Positions 8,863 through 16,788 of a stretch of DNA of 64,000 nt are shown here, piece after piece. Made by a program: the position numbers and the translations under genes. The notes beneath the pieces are model-generated. The model worked only from the letters and a program-made list of their open reading frames with translations, was not told the DNA's origin and did not search any database. Positions within the stretch are counted from its first letter, which is position 1, and each line of letters begins with the position of its first letter. Origin of the DNA: an uncultured Myxococcales bacterium (lineage in GTDB: Bacteria; Desulfobacterota; Binatia; UBA1149; SPBQ01); assembly GCA_964555245.1 (NCBI GenBank), contig CAZKRI010000032.1, positions 93,239 to 157,238 of the forward strand. The letters are read 5' to 3'.

Positions 8863-9639
8863 TCACAGAGTGTAGCGGCCGTCCTCGGTCAGGCGCCATC
8901 CGCCGGCGGCGGCCGTGCCACCGTCCACGTGCAGCGTCGTCCCGGTCACGAACAGCGATAGATCGGAGGCGAGGAACAGCGCCGCGCCCGCGACGTGGTT
9001 GGGGTGCCCCTTGCGTGCCAGAGGCGCACGCACCTGCGGATCTCCGATTCCCGGCGTGGGGATCAGGTCGGGCGCGATGGCATTGACGCGGATCCGCCGC
9101 GCGCCGAGCTCCAGAGCAAGGGTCCTGGTCAGGTTCTCGACCGCGGCCTTCATCGCCGCATAGATCGCGTATCCCGGGGCACCGCGCCCGGCTTCGATCG
9201 AGCTGATGTTGAGGATCGAGCCGCCGGTATCGGGAAACAGCGGGAGCGTCGCGCGGATGCAGTTCGTCACGCTCGTGAAGTTCTCCGCAATGAGGGCGTC
9301 CTGCGCATGGGCACTGAGCTCCGCGAACGCGGCGTGAAAACCCCCTCCGGCGTTGTTGACGAGCACGTCGACCCGGCCGGCTTCCGCACCAACCCGGGCG
9401 ACGAACGCGCCCACGGCCTCGCCGTCGCGCACGTCAAGGCGCCCGGTCCATGCCCGCCGGCCCAGGGCCCGCACCGAGCGCGCGGTCGTCTCGAGGTTCA
9501 CCTCGTCGCGGTCGCAGATCGCCAGGTCGGCGCCGAAGCTGGCCAAGGTCAGTGCGATCGCCTCGCCGATCCCGGCGGCGGCCCCGGTAACGAGCGCGAC
9601 GCGGCCTTCCAGCGAGACGGTAGCAGGACCGAGCGGCAC
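8863..9639 (-). CDS. Short-chain dehydrogenase/reductase (SDR).
   Basis: VTGAAAGIGEAIAL Rossmann motif, NNAG, and catalytic YAAMKAAV. Confidence 0.85.
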   Translation of the reverse strand: MPLGPATVSLEGRVALVTGAAAGIGEAIALTLASFGADLAICDRDEVNLETTARSVRALGRRAWTGRLDVRDGEAVGAFVARVGAEAGRVDVLVNNAGGGFHAAFAELSAHAQDALIAENFTSVTNCIRATLPLFPDTGGSILNISSIEAGRGAPGYAIYAAMKAAVENLTRTLALELGARRIRVNAIAPDLIPTPGIGDPQVRAPLARKGHPNHVAGAALFLASDLSLFVTGTTLHVDGGTAAAGGWRLTEDGRYTL

Positions 9640-9710
9640 CGGCCCAAGCTATCAGCCGGACCTCCGCTCGTCACGCCGCCGCCCGGCACCAAGCCTGCCA
9701 CGATCGCGCG

Positions 9711-10292
9711 GTGGACGTTCGCGAGCGAAGGGTCCTGGTCAGAACCGCCGCCGTGCATGAGAATGCCGCCGTGAGCTGGCTGGCACACGCGGCCGGAACC
9801 GGCGCGACGTTTGCGCAGGTGTTCGGCCTTTGCCCAGAGCTTCATCGTGGGTTCGAGCGTTTTTACGGATTGTTCTGGCAACGGCGGCTCGTGGATCCGG
9901 TGGTACTCGAGCTGTGCCGGTTGCAGGTGGCCGCGCTGCTCGGCTGCACCGTCGAGCGCGAGGTGCGCTACCGCGCCGCCGTCGAAGCCGGGTTGACGGA
10001 AGCCAAGGTTGCCGAGCTTTCCCGCTGGCGAACCAGCCCGAGCTTCAGCGAACTGGAGCGGGCTTGCTTGGGTTTCGCGCAGCGGTTCGTCACCGACGTG
10101 CACGGGCTTACCGATGAGGACGTCGCCGCTGTCTCTCGTCTGCTCGGCGAACCGGGAACGGTGGCGCTCGCCGAGGCGATCGCCTTGTTCGAGGGCTTCT
10201 GCCGCTTCCGCCTCGCGCTGGACGTCCAGAGCGAGGTCCAGGGGACCGTTCCCACTCCGACGGCCGAGCCCACGGGTAGGCTCGAACGATGA
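9711..10292 (+). CDS. Carboxymuconolactone decarboxylase (CMD/AhpD-like) family protein. Start uncertain (in-frame GTGs downstream of the ATG at 9711).
   Basis: AhpD-like core (…LELCRLQVAALLGCTVEREV…). Ends in ATGA overlap with the next gene. Confidence 0.55.
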   Translation: MDVRERRVLVRTAAVHENAAVSWLAHAAGTGATFAQVFGLCPELHRGFERFYGLFWQRRLVDPVVLELCRLQVAALLGCTVEREVRYRAAVEAGLTEAKVAELSRWRTSPSFSELERACLGFAQRFVTDVHGLTDEDVAAVSRLLGEPGTVALAEAIALFEGFCRFRLALDVQSEVQGTVPTPTAEPTGRLER

Positions 10293-10822
10293 CCAAGCGT
10301 CCGCGCAGCCCGCGTATCCGCCCCCCGCAGCAAGCGGCCGCCGATCCCATTGCCGGCAGTGCGCTCAGCCACCAGCCCGAAACCCTACGGGCGTTCCTCG
10401 ATCTCTACGCAACGCTGTGGGAGGGAGGCTCGGTGGATGCCGCGACCAAGGAGATGGTTCGGCTGCGCAACGCGCAGATCACCGACTGCGGCTATTGAAA
10501 GAACGTTCGCTTCGCCGTGGCGAAGGAGCAGCTTGTCGACGAGTCCGCGGTCGCCCAGATCCAAAATCACCGCGCGTCGACCGTGCTCACCGCACGCGAC
10601 AAGGCGCTGCTCGCTTACGTGGACCTGCTGCTAACGATACCTGGTGCGATCGACGAGCGGGTGACCGCGCAGCTGCTGACGCACTTCTCTCCCGCGCAGA
10701 TCGTCGAGCTGACCGCAGCCGCGGCCGTGTTCCTCGGGTTCTCCAAGCTCGCCATCGCCCTGGGTCCGGTACCGGACGATCTGCCCCGGATGCTCATGCC
10801 GCTGCCCGCTCGCCCCGACTGA
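10289..10822 (+). CDS. AhpD/CMD-family protein read through an in-frame TGA (10496..10498) at the second Cys position of CxxC (…RLRNAQITDCGY-U-KNVRFAVAKEQ…). Candidate selenoprotein; alternatively a pseudogene.
   Basis: ORFs 10289..10498 and 10517..10822 are in the same frame, separated only by the TGA. Family motif C-x-x-C. Stem-loop cuucgc/cgug/gcgaag at 10510..10525 begins 11 nt 3' of the UGA. Confidence 0.55.
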
Positions 10823-10834
10823 ACCCTTCTCGGG

Positions 10835-12196
10835 TCAGCCGGCTAGGGACGCGCCCGCCGCCCCGGCGCTGCCGCAATCGAGACTGGCGCACAGCTCGGC
10901 GAAGCTCTTCACCGTGTGCCGCTTGGCCAGCGACCGGATGCGGGTCGCCGGTCCGATCAGACCGGCAGTGGACAAGACCACGTCGGCGTCCACGGAGGCA
11001 ACCGCGGCCGGCGCGGTCAGCCCGGCGCGCAGCGTCGCCGCAACGGCGACCTCGGCGTAAGCCGCGGCGAACTCGTCGGCGTCGCCGGGACTGTCCCACG
11101 TGGTGAGCCACACGAACTCCAGCCGGGTCCCGCAGCGGGCGACGAGATAGCGATCGCCGTTCCACCCTTCCCAGGCCTCCGGCCGGGCGCTGGCTGCCAG
11201 ATCCCGGAAGAGATAGCTCAGCCCGAGCTCGCCAGCCGTGTTCTCGTAGACGAACGCGCATTCGGCGGGCAGCAGTTCGCGCAACGGGCGCAGATCGATC
11301 GACTGGAAGCCCTCCTCGCGCCGCGAGGGATGGAGCACCTGTTCGGTCGAGATCGGCGGACGTTCCAACAAAAGATCAGCCTCGAGCATGGCGAGTCGGT
11401 AGCCCTTGGTGTAGGGGAACGGCACACCGTAGCGGATCATCGCCGCGCGCTCGTGTAGCCGATTCTCCGAGAGTTCCGCATCGAGGCTCGACTCCAGGTC
11501 GACGGGTGCGGGCGGCGTCATCCGGGCATCGAGCGCCTGAAAGCTGATGCGGACGGCGTCGCCCTCAATCGCCGCTTGCAGCGCCGCCACCACGTCATCC
11601 TGATCCTGCAACGTCTGCGTGGCGCCGATCAGCGCCGGGTAGGCTTGGTGTTGCAGCAGGTGAGTCAGCTCGTGCCCGAGCAACAGCTCACGGGCGAGGT
11701 CGCGCCCCATGAGCGCAGAGACCAGGGAGACCGAGAACGGCGTCTCCGGCTCGTCGACCACGTAGAGCACGCGCCGGCTCGGAACGTAGAGCCCGCCAGC
11801 CTCGGCGCCGACGCTGTCGACGAACTCGGTGAACAGGTCTTGGTCGCGGGGCCATAACCCCACGGCGACCAACCCATCCTGATAGGCGGCCGCCGCCTGG
11901 GGTGGCCACTGCTCCTCCAGCGCGCGCGCCACCGCGGCGCGTAGATCCCCGCTGCTCACGACGCGCGCGTCAACCAGGCCGCGGGCTTGGATCCCGCGCG
12001 CCTGTTCGACGCGGGCGATGATGGCAGCGAACGGCTCGGGACGGATCGCGCCGTCCGAGACGATCGAGCGCGCGCAACCTGCGGCCGCTGCGACGCCTGC
12101 CAGCGCGAGGACCAGCAGAACCCGGGCGCCAGAACCCGATCGCGCGACGGCCTGCCGGCCCGACGATGCGATGCCCGGATGCCGCACGCTAGCCAC
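10835..12196 (-). CDS. Lipoprotein with HExxH zinc-metallopeptidase-like motif (GHELTHLLQH).
   Basis: Lipobox LLVLALAGVAAAAGC, HELTH motif. No confident family assignment. Confidence 0.55.
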   Translation of the reverse strand: MASVRHPGIASSGRQAVARSGSGARVLLVLALAGVAAAAGCARSIVSDGAIRPEPFAAIIARVEQARGIQARGLVDARVVSSGDLRAAVARALEEQWPPQAAAAYQDGLVAVGLWPRDQDLFTEFVDSVGAEAGGLYVPSRRVLYVVDEPETPFSVSLVSALMGRDLARELLLGHELTHLLQHQAYPALIGATQTLQDQDDVVAALQAAIEGDAVRISFQALDARMTPPAPVDLESSLDAELSENRLHERAAMIRYGVPFPYTKGYRLAMLEADLLLERPPISTEQVLHPSRREEGFQSIDLRPLRELLPAECAFVYENTAGELGLSYLFRDLAASARPEAWEGWNGDRYLVARCGTRLEFVWLTTWDSPGDADEFAAAYAEVAVAATLRAGLTAPAAVASVDADVVLSTAGLIGPATRIRSLAKRHTVKSFAELCASLDCGSAGAAGASLAG

Positions 12197-12213
12197 GCCG
12201 GGGGCGCAGCCGC

Positions 12214-12528
12214 TCAGCTATCCGAGCCGGTCGCGCGCTCGGCTCGGCGCCGGGCGCGCAGCGCCTTGCGCTCGGCGCGCCGCTCGGTGCGCTTGTCCGA
12301 CTTGTCAGCCGTCCACACCGCGTCCTCATCGAGCCGGTGCACGACCAAGGCCTGCGCCAAGACGATCCCTTCCTGCAAGGCCAAGGCTCGTACGCTCGAA
12401 TCCGGCTCGGCGATCGGCATCGAATCGCCTGCGCGCGAAACGGTCGCGCCGCCGATCAACAACGCGAGCGTAACGACAACGGCCAGAAACAAGCTGATCC
12501 GAAAATGCTTGGTAAACTGCCCCTCCAT
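12214..12528 (-). CDS. Hypothetical small membrane-anchored protein with basic C-terminus.
   Basis: N-terminal TM segment ISLFLAVVVTLALLIGGATV. Arg/Glu-rich tail. Confidence 0.4.
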   Translation of the reverse strand: MEGQFTKHFRISLFLAVVVTLALLIGGATVSRAGDSMPIAEPDSSVRALALQEGIVLAQALVVHRLDEDAVWTADKSDKRTERRAERKALRARRRAERATGSDS

Positions 12529-12590
12529 CCAACTCCCCCTCCACGCCCGTGCGGCGTCAACGTCTCAGCATAGAGTTCTCTGCTCGAATC

Positions 12591-13073
12591 TCAATACTTG
12601 ACAGTCGCCGACGGATCTGTCGCGCGCCGTTTTCGGCGGCGGCCTTGCAGAAAAGAACGGCCCGGGTCGACGATGAACGCATCGCGGACCGCTTGTCTGC
12701 CCAGCAGCATGCGAAAGCCCATCGCGTCGCGCGAGGTCAGCGTCAGCTCGATGGGAACGCTCAGCTCACCGATCCGCACCGCGGTCTGGATCACCGGCCG
12801 TCGTTCGACCAGGCCGCCAGAGTTTCGGATGCTACGGTACTCGAGCAACGTCGCCTCCGCCTCGACAGCCTCGCGTTCGCTCCGTTGGAACGGTAGCACA
12901 CGAAACCGGACGAGCAGCCGCGCCCCGTGCCGCACGACCCGCACGTCATAGGCGTGCAGCGCCGAGGATCGCGCTCCGGTGTCGACCTTGGCCTTGATCC
13001 GCTCGACTCCGAGCTCCGGGAGGCCAACCCACTCGCGCCAGCCAATCACCTGTCGCTCGGATCTGCCGTGCAT
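12591..13073 (-). CDS. Retropepsin-like aspartic protease of the RimK-associated / DUF785 type (annotated as ATP-dependent zinc protease). Start at MHGRSERQ (ATG 13073); the frame is open to 13157.
   Basis: IGWREWVGLPELGVERIKAKVDTGARSSALHA matches the DUF785 core, including the DTGA aspartyl motif. Confidence 0.6.
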   Translation of the reverse strand: MHGRSERQVIGWREWVGLPELGVERIKAKVDTGARSSALHAYDVRVVRHGARLLVRFRVLPFQRSEREAVEAEATLLEYRSIRNSGGLVERRPVIQTAVRIGELSVPIELTLTSRDAMGFRMLLGRQAVRDAFIVDPGRSFLQGRRRKRRATDPSATVKY

Positions 13074-13192
13074 GGGCGTCGCGCACCTTACCACAGGCCG
13101 CGGCCAATGCTCTTGCGCCTGGCCGGCGTCCGCGTCACCAATGACGCCGTCCAGCATCTATAAGGGAGCGCCTCCCCGTAGGTGCGCAACTC

Positions 13193-13723
13193 ATGACCCG
13201 GCGGACTTTCATCGAGCGATCCTTGTTGCTAGGGAGCCTGTGGTTGGTGGGCCCGGCGTGTGCCCGCAGCGAGCGGACCACCAGTGCCACCGAGCCGTCA
13301 TCCGACATCGAGCGCTTGGCCAAGCCACGGGAGGAATGGCGGCGGCTCCTGGGACCGCAGCGCTACGCGGTGCTCTTCGAGGAGGACACCGAACCGCCCT
13401 TCTCGAGCCCGCTCAACGATGAGAAGCGGGCGGGCACCTTCGTCTGCGCGGCGTGCTATCTGCCGCTGTTCGCCTCGGATGCGAAGTTCGACAGCGGCAC
13501 GGGTTGGCCCAGCTTCACACGGCCGATCGAGGGGCACGTCGGCCTCGAGGACGATTTCAAACTCCTGCTGCGCCGCACCGAATACCACTGCATCCGCTGC
13601 GGCGGGCACCAGGGGCACGTCTTCGAGGACGGGCCGCCCCCCACCGGGCAGCGTTGGTGCAACAACGGCTTGGCGCTCGAGTTCGTCCCCGCCGAACTAC
13701 CCCTGCCTCGGCTACGCACATGA
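13193..13723 (+). CDS. msrB: Peptide-methionine (R)-S-oxide reductase MsrB with Tat-type signal (RRTFIERS).
   Basis: CAACYLPLF…GWPSF…HCIRCGGHQGHVFEDGP…RWCNNG are classic MsrB motifs. ATGA overlap with msrA. Confidence 0.85.
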   Translation: MTRRTFIERSLLLGSLWLVGPACARSERTTSATEPSSDIERLAKPREEWRRLLGPQRYAVLFEEDTEPPFSSPLNDEKRAGTFVCAACYLPLFASDAKFDSGTGWPSFTRPIEGHVGLEDDFKLLLRRTEYHCIRCGGHQGHVFEDGPPPTGQRWCNNGLALEFVPAELPLPRLRT

Positions 13724-14358
13724 AGGCCGTGACTCCCATGATCGCTCTGGCCGTGACGCTGGCAGGCGCGACGGCTACGATGGCGCAGACAACCCAACCG
13801 GAGCAGGCCATACCGATGACAGAACAAAGCCATCTCAAGAAGGCAACGTTCGCTGGCGGCTGTTTTTGGTGCATGGAACCGCCGTTCGACAAGCTCGACG
13901 GCGTGGTTTCGACGGTATCCGGCTACACCGGCGGACGCACCGAGCATCCGTCCTACGAGCAGGTCAGCGCCGGCGGCACCGGCCACGCCGAGGCGGTGGA
14001 GATCCAGTTCGATCCGGCCAAGATTACCTACGCGCGCCTGCTCGACGTGTTCTGGCGCAACATCGATCCAACGACCCTCAACCGCCAGTTCTGCGACATC
14101 GGCGACCAGTACCGCACCGCGATCTTCTATCATGACGATGAACAGAAGCGCCTAGCCGAAGAATCCAAGCGCGCTCTGGAGCAACCCGATCGTCTCGGAA
14201 CGAAGATCGTTACCCAGATCGTTTCTGCCTCGGCGTTCTATCCGGCCGAGGACTACCACCAGGACTACTCGACGAAGAATCCGCTGCGCTACAAGTACTA
14301 TCGCTTCTCGTGCGGCCGCGACCAGCGGCTCGAGGAGCTCTGGGGCGACGACTCATGA
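13720..14358 (+). CDS. msrA: Peptide-methionine (S)-S-oxide reductase MsrA with signal peptide.
   Basis: GGCFWCMEPPFDKLDGVVSTVSGYTGG and HQDY motifs. Confidence 0.9.
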   Translation: MKAVTPMIALAVTLAGATATMAQTTQPEQAIPMTEQSHLKKATFAGGCFWCMEPPFDKLDGVVSTVSGYTGGRTEHPSYEQVSAGGTGHAEAVEIQFDPAKITYARLLDVFWRNIDPTTLNRQFCDIGDQYRTAIFYHDDEQKRLAEESKRALEQPDRLGTKIVTQIVSASAFYPAEDYHQDYSTKNPLRYKYYRFSCGRDQRLEELWGDDS

Positions 14359-14377
14359 GGCACCGCGCTCGACGGAC

Positions 14378-16768
14378 TCAGCCGCGCAAGACCACGGCGG
14401 TCCACGCGTCGCCGCCCTGCTCGGAGTCCGCCGGACCGAACGCCGCTACGTAGGGCGAGCCATCGAGCGCCGCGCGCACCGCGCGCTTGAGCGCGTCGGT
14501 ACCGTGGCCGTGCAGCACGAAGACGCCGTCGTGACCGGCGAGCATCGCCTCGTCGAGAAAGCGCTCCAGGCGTACCAGCGCCTCCTCCACCCGGGTTCCG
14601 CGCAGATCCAGCGTGTTGGCTGCATGGCGCACGATTCGGTTGATGGCGGTCGATCGCGCCGGCTGCGATGAGGATCGGCTCGGCGGCCTCGCGAGTCTGT
14701 CCGGAGCATCCGGCTCGAGTTTGCGCAGTTGGTTCGGCGCGACCCGCACGCTGAGCGCCGCCGCACGCACCTCGACCTCGCGACCACGGACCGCGACCAC
14801 CTCGCCGGTCAAGTTCAAATGCTCGATGCGCACGCGATCGCCCGGTTGCGGGCTGGGCGCTGCGCGGTCCTCGCTCTCCGTCGGCCCGACCATCACCGAA
14901 TCGCGCGTGTGCCGAACGGCCGACCGCGCGGCGGCGGCGGCGGCCGCCGAGGGGGCGCGCTGCAGGTCGGCGACGATGGCGCCGATCTCGCGCTCTGCCT
15001 GGCGCGCCCTTTCCACCAGCGCCGCTGCGGCCTCCTGCTCGAGTTGCCGGGCCCGCCGCCTGATGTGAGCCTCGCGCTCGGCCACCGCGGCTTCACGGCC
15101 GGCTACCTCTTCCAGCGCTCGCTCGGCCTGCAACCGGGTCTCCCGCGCGCGGGTGCGTTCCGCTTCGAGGCTCGCGAGCGTCTCCTGCAAGGCACGCTCG
15201 CCCTGATCCATTAGCGCGCGTGCGCGCGTGACGACCGCCGGCTCGATCCCGGCGCGCAAGGCCGCGGCCAGCGCATGACTTTCGCCAGCCAAGCCGGGGA
15301 GGATGCGATACGTGGGACGCTCGTCACGGTACTCCATCGCCGCGACGCTCACCCGGCGGTCAGCGGCGGACATCGCCTTGAGCTGCGCGTAGTGCGTGGT
15401 GACGACTACGCGCGCACCGGCCTCGGCGAATCGTTCGACGAGCGCGCGGGCGAGCGCGCCGCCCTGGGCGGGATCTGTGCCCGCGGCAATCTCGTCGAGC
15501 AGCAGGAGGGCTCCCGGCCGAACCTCAGCGAGCATCCCGTGCAAGTTGGCCAGGTGGCCGGAGAAGCTGGAGAGTCCACCGTAGACGCTCTGGCGATCTC
15601 CGATGTCGGCTAGCACAGGCTCGAACAGGTCGACCCGGGAACCCTCAGCCGCGGGCACGAAGCAACCGGCGCGCACCAGTAGCGCGCAGATTCCGATGGT
15701 CTTCAGGGCGACGGTCTTGCCGCCCGCGTTCGGTCCCGTCAGCACCAGCACCGGCTGCTCGGCCGTCAGGCGCAAGTCGTTCGCCACGACCTCGGCACGC
15801 TCGAGCACCAGGACCGGATGTCGCGCCGCGCGCAGATCGACGATGGCCTGATCGGCCACCTCAGGCCGCGCGGCGTGCATCCGCAGCGCAAGCTCGGCCC
15901 GCGCCACGATCAGATCGATGGCGGCGGCTGCGGCCAGCGCCGCGACGAGCGCCGGCGCGTGCCGGCCGACCAGCGCACTGAGGTCGCGCAGAATCCGTAG
16001 CTCCTCCGCACGCAGCTCGGCCTCGGCGACGCGGCGCTGATTGTTGAGCGGCACGACGGCATGGGGCTCCAAGAAGATCGTCTGCCCCGAGCGCGAGGCG
16101 TCGTGCACGATGCCGAGGTCGAGTCCCTTGGCGTGCGCCTTGATCGGCACGACGAAGCGTTCTGCGCGGATCGTCACGTAGCGATCCTGAAGCACCCCAG
16201 CGAACTCCTCGTCCACCAGGAGCGCGTCCATCCGCTCGCGCACCCGTCGGTCCAACGCCTGGATCCGCCGTCGCAGCTCGCCCAAAACAGGATAAGCGCG
16301 CTCGCTCAGCTCGCCCCGCTCGTCGAATGCCGAGGTCAAGGTCGACAGCAGCGCCCGATCGATGTCGATCGCGTCACCCGTGGATGCGAGCGTCGGAGCC
16401 GACTGCCGGCGCACGTCGAGAAAGCCGCGCAACCCGACGAGCGCCGCAACCGTGCTGGCCACGGGGCGTAGCTCACCTGCCTCTAGCAGTTCTCCTCGCT
16501 CGCTGCGCGCGACCAGGCCGGCGATATCCTCGACTCCACCCGTCGGCGGAAACGCCCCCTCCGATGTGAGCAGGCCGAGCGCCTCGCCGACCGCATCGAG
16601 CGTCCGGTGAATCGCCGCCAATTCATCGAAAAGGTCGAGTTCCAATGCCGCCCGCCGCCCCGCCGCGGTGCGCGCGTGCGAGGCAAGCGCACCAAGCACG
16701 TACGGCCAGTCCAGTGCCTCGAGGGTCCGTTGGGACAGGTCCATCGAGGCCACCGCTAAGCCGGCCAC
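14378..16768 (-). CDS. mutS2: Endonuclease MutS2 (MutS ATPase core plus C-terminal Smr domain). Start uncertain: GTG 16768 or ATG 16744.
   Basis: Walker A LTGPNAGGKTVALKTIG. C-terminal Smr region LDLRGTRVEEALVRLERFLDEA…VLHGHGT. Confidence 0.85.
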   Translation of the reverse strand: MAGLAVASMDLSQRTLEALDWPYVLGALASHARTAAGRRAALELDLFDELAAIHRTLDAVGEALGLLTSEGAFPPTGGVEDIAGLVARSERGELLEAGELRPVASTVAALVGLRGFLDVRRQSAPTLASTGDAIDIDRALLSTLTSAFDERGELSERAYPVLGELRRRIQALDRRVRERMDALLVDEEFAGVLQDRYVTIRAERFVVPIKAHAKGLDLGIVHDASRSGQTIFLEPHAVVPLNNQRRVAEAELRAEELRILRDLSALVGRHAPALVAALAAAAAIDLIVARAELALRMHAARPEVADQAIVDLRAARHPVLVLERAEVVANDLRLTAEQPVLVLTGPNAGGKTVALKTIGICALLVRAGCFVPAAEGSRVDLFEPVLADIGDRQSVYGGLSSFSGHLANLHGMLAEVRPGALLLLDEIAAGTDPAQGGALARALVERFAEAGARVVVTTHYAQLKAMSAADRRVSVAAMEYRDERPTYRILPGLAGESHALAAALRAGIEPAVVTRARALMDQGERALQETLASLEAERTRARETRLQAERALEEVAGREAAVAEREAHIRRRARQLEQEAAAALVERARQAEREIGAIVADLQRAPSAAAAAAARSAVRHTRDSVMVGPTESEDRAAPSPQPGDRVRIEHLNLTGEVVAVRGREVEVRAAALSVRVAPNQLRKLEPDAPDRLARPPSRSSSQPARSTAINRIVRHAANTLDLRGTRVEEALVRLERFLDEAMLAGHDGVFVLHGHGTDALKRAVRAALDGSPYVAAFGPADSEQGGDAWTAVVLRG

Positions 16769-16788
16769 TGCGATGCGTCAAGCGCGGC

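Noticed and set aside
10289-10822. Interpretation of the two interrupted AhpD-like genes as pseudogenes
   Set aside because: Not fully excluded, but two unrelated paralogs both carry the single in-frame TGA at exactly the catalytic Cys position, with intact downstream reading frames and a hairpin 10-11 nt after the UGA. This matches the selenoprotein pattern far better than random decay does.
10009-11106. 365-aa Arg/Pro-rich plus-strand ORF
   Set aside because: Antisense to the HExxH lipoprotein gene (10835..12196) and overlapping the Sec-AhpD gene. Its composition (RRRRP…) is typical of a GC-rich non-coding frame.
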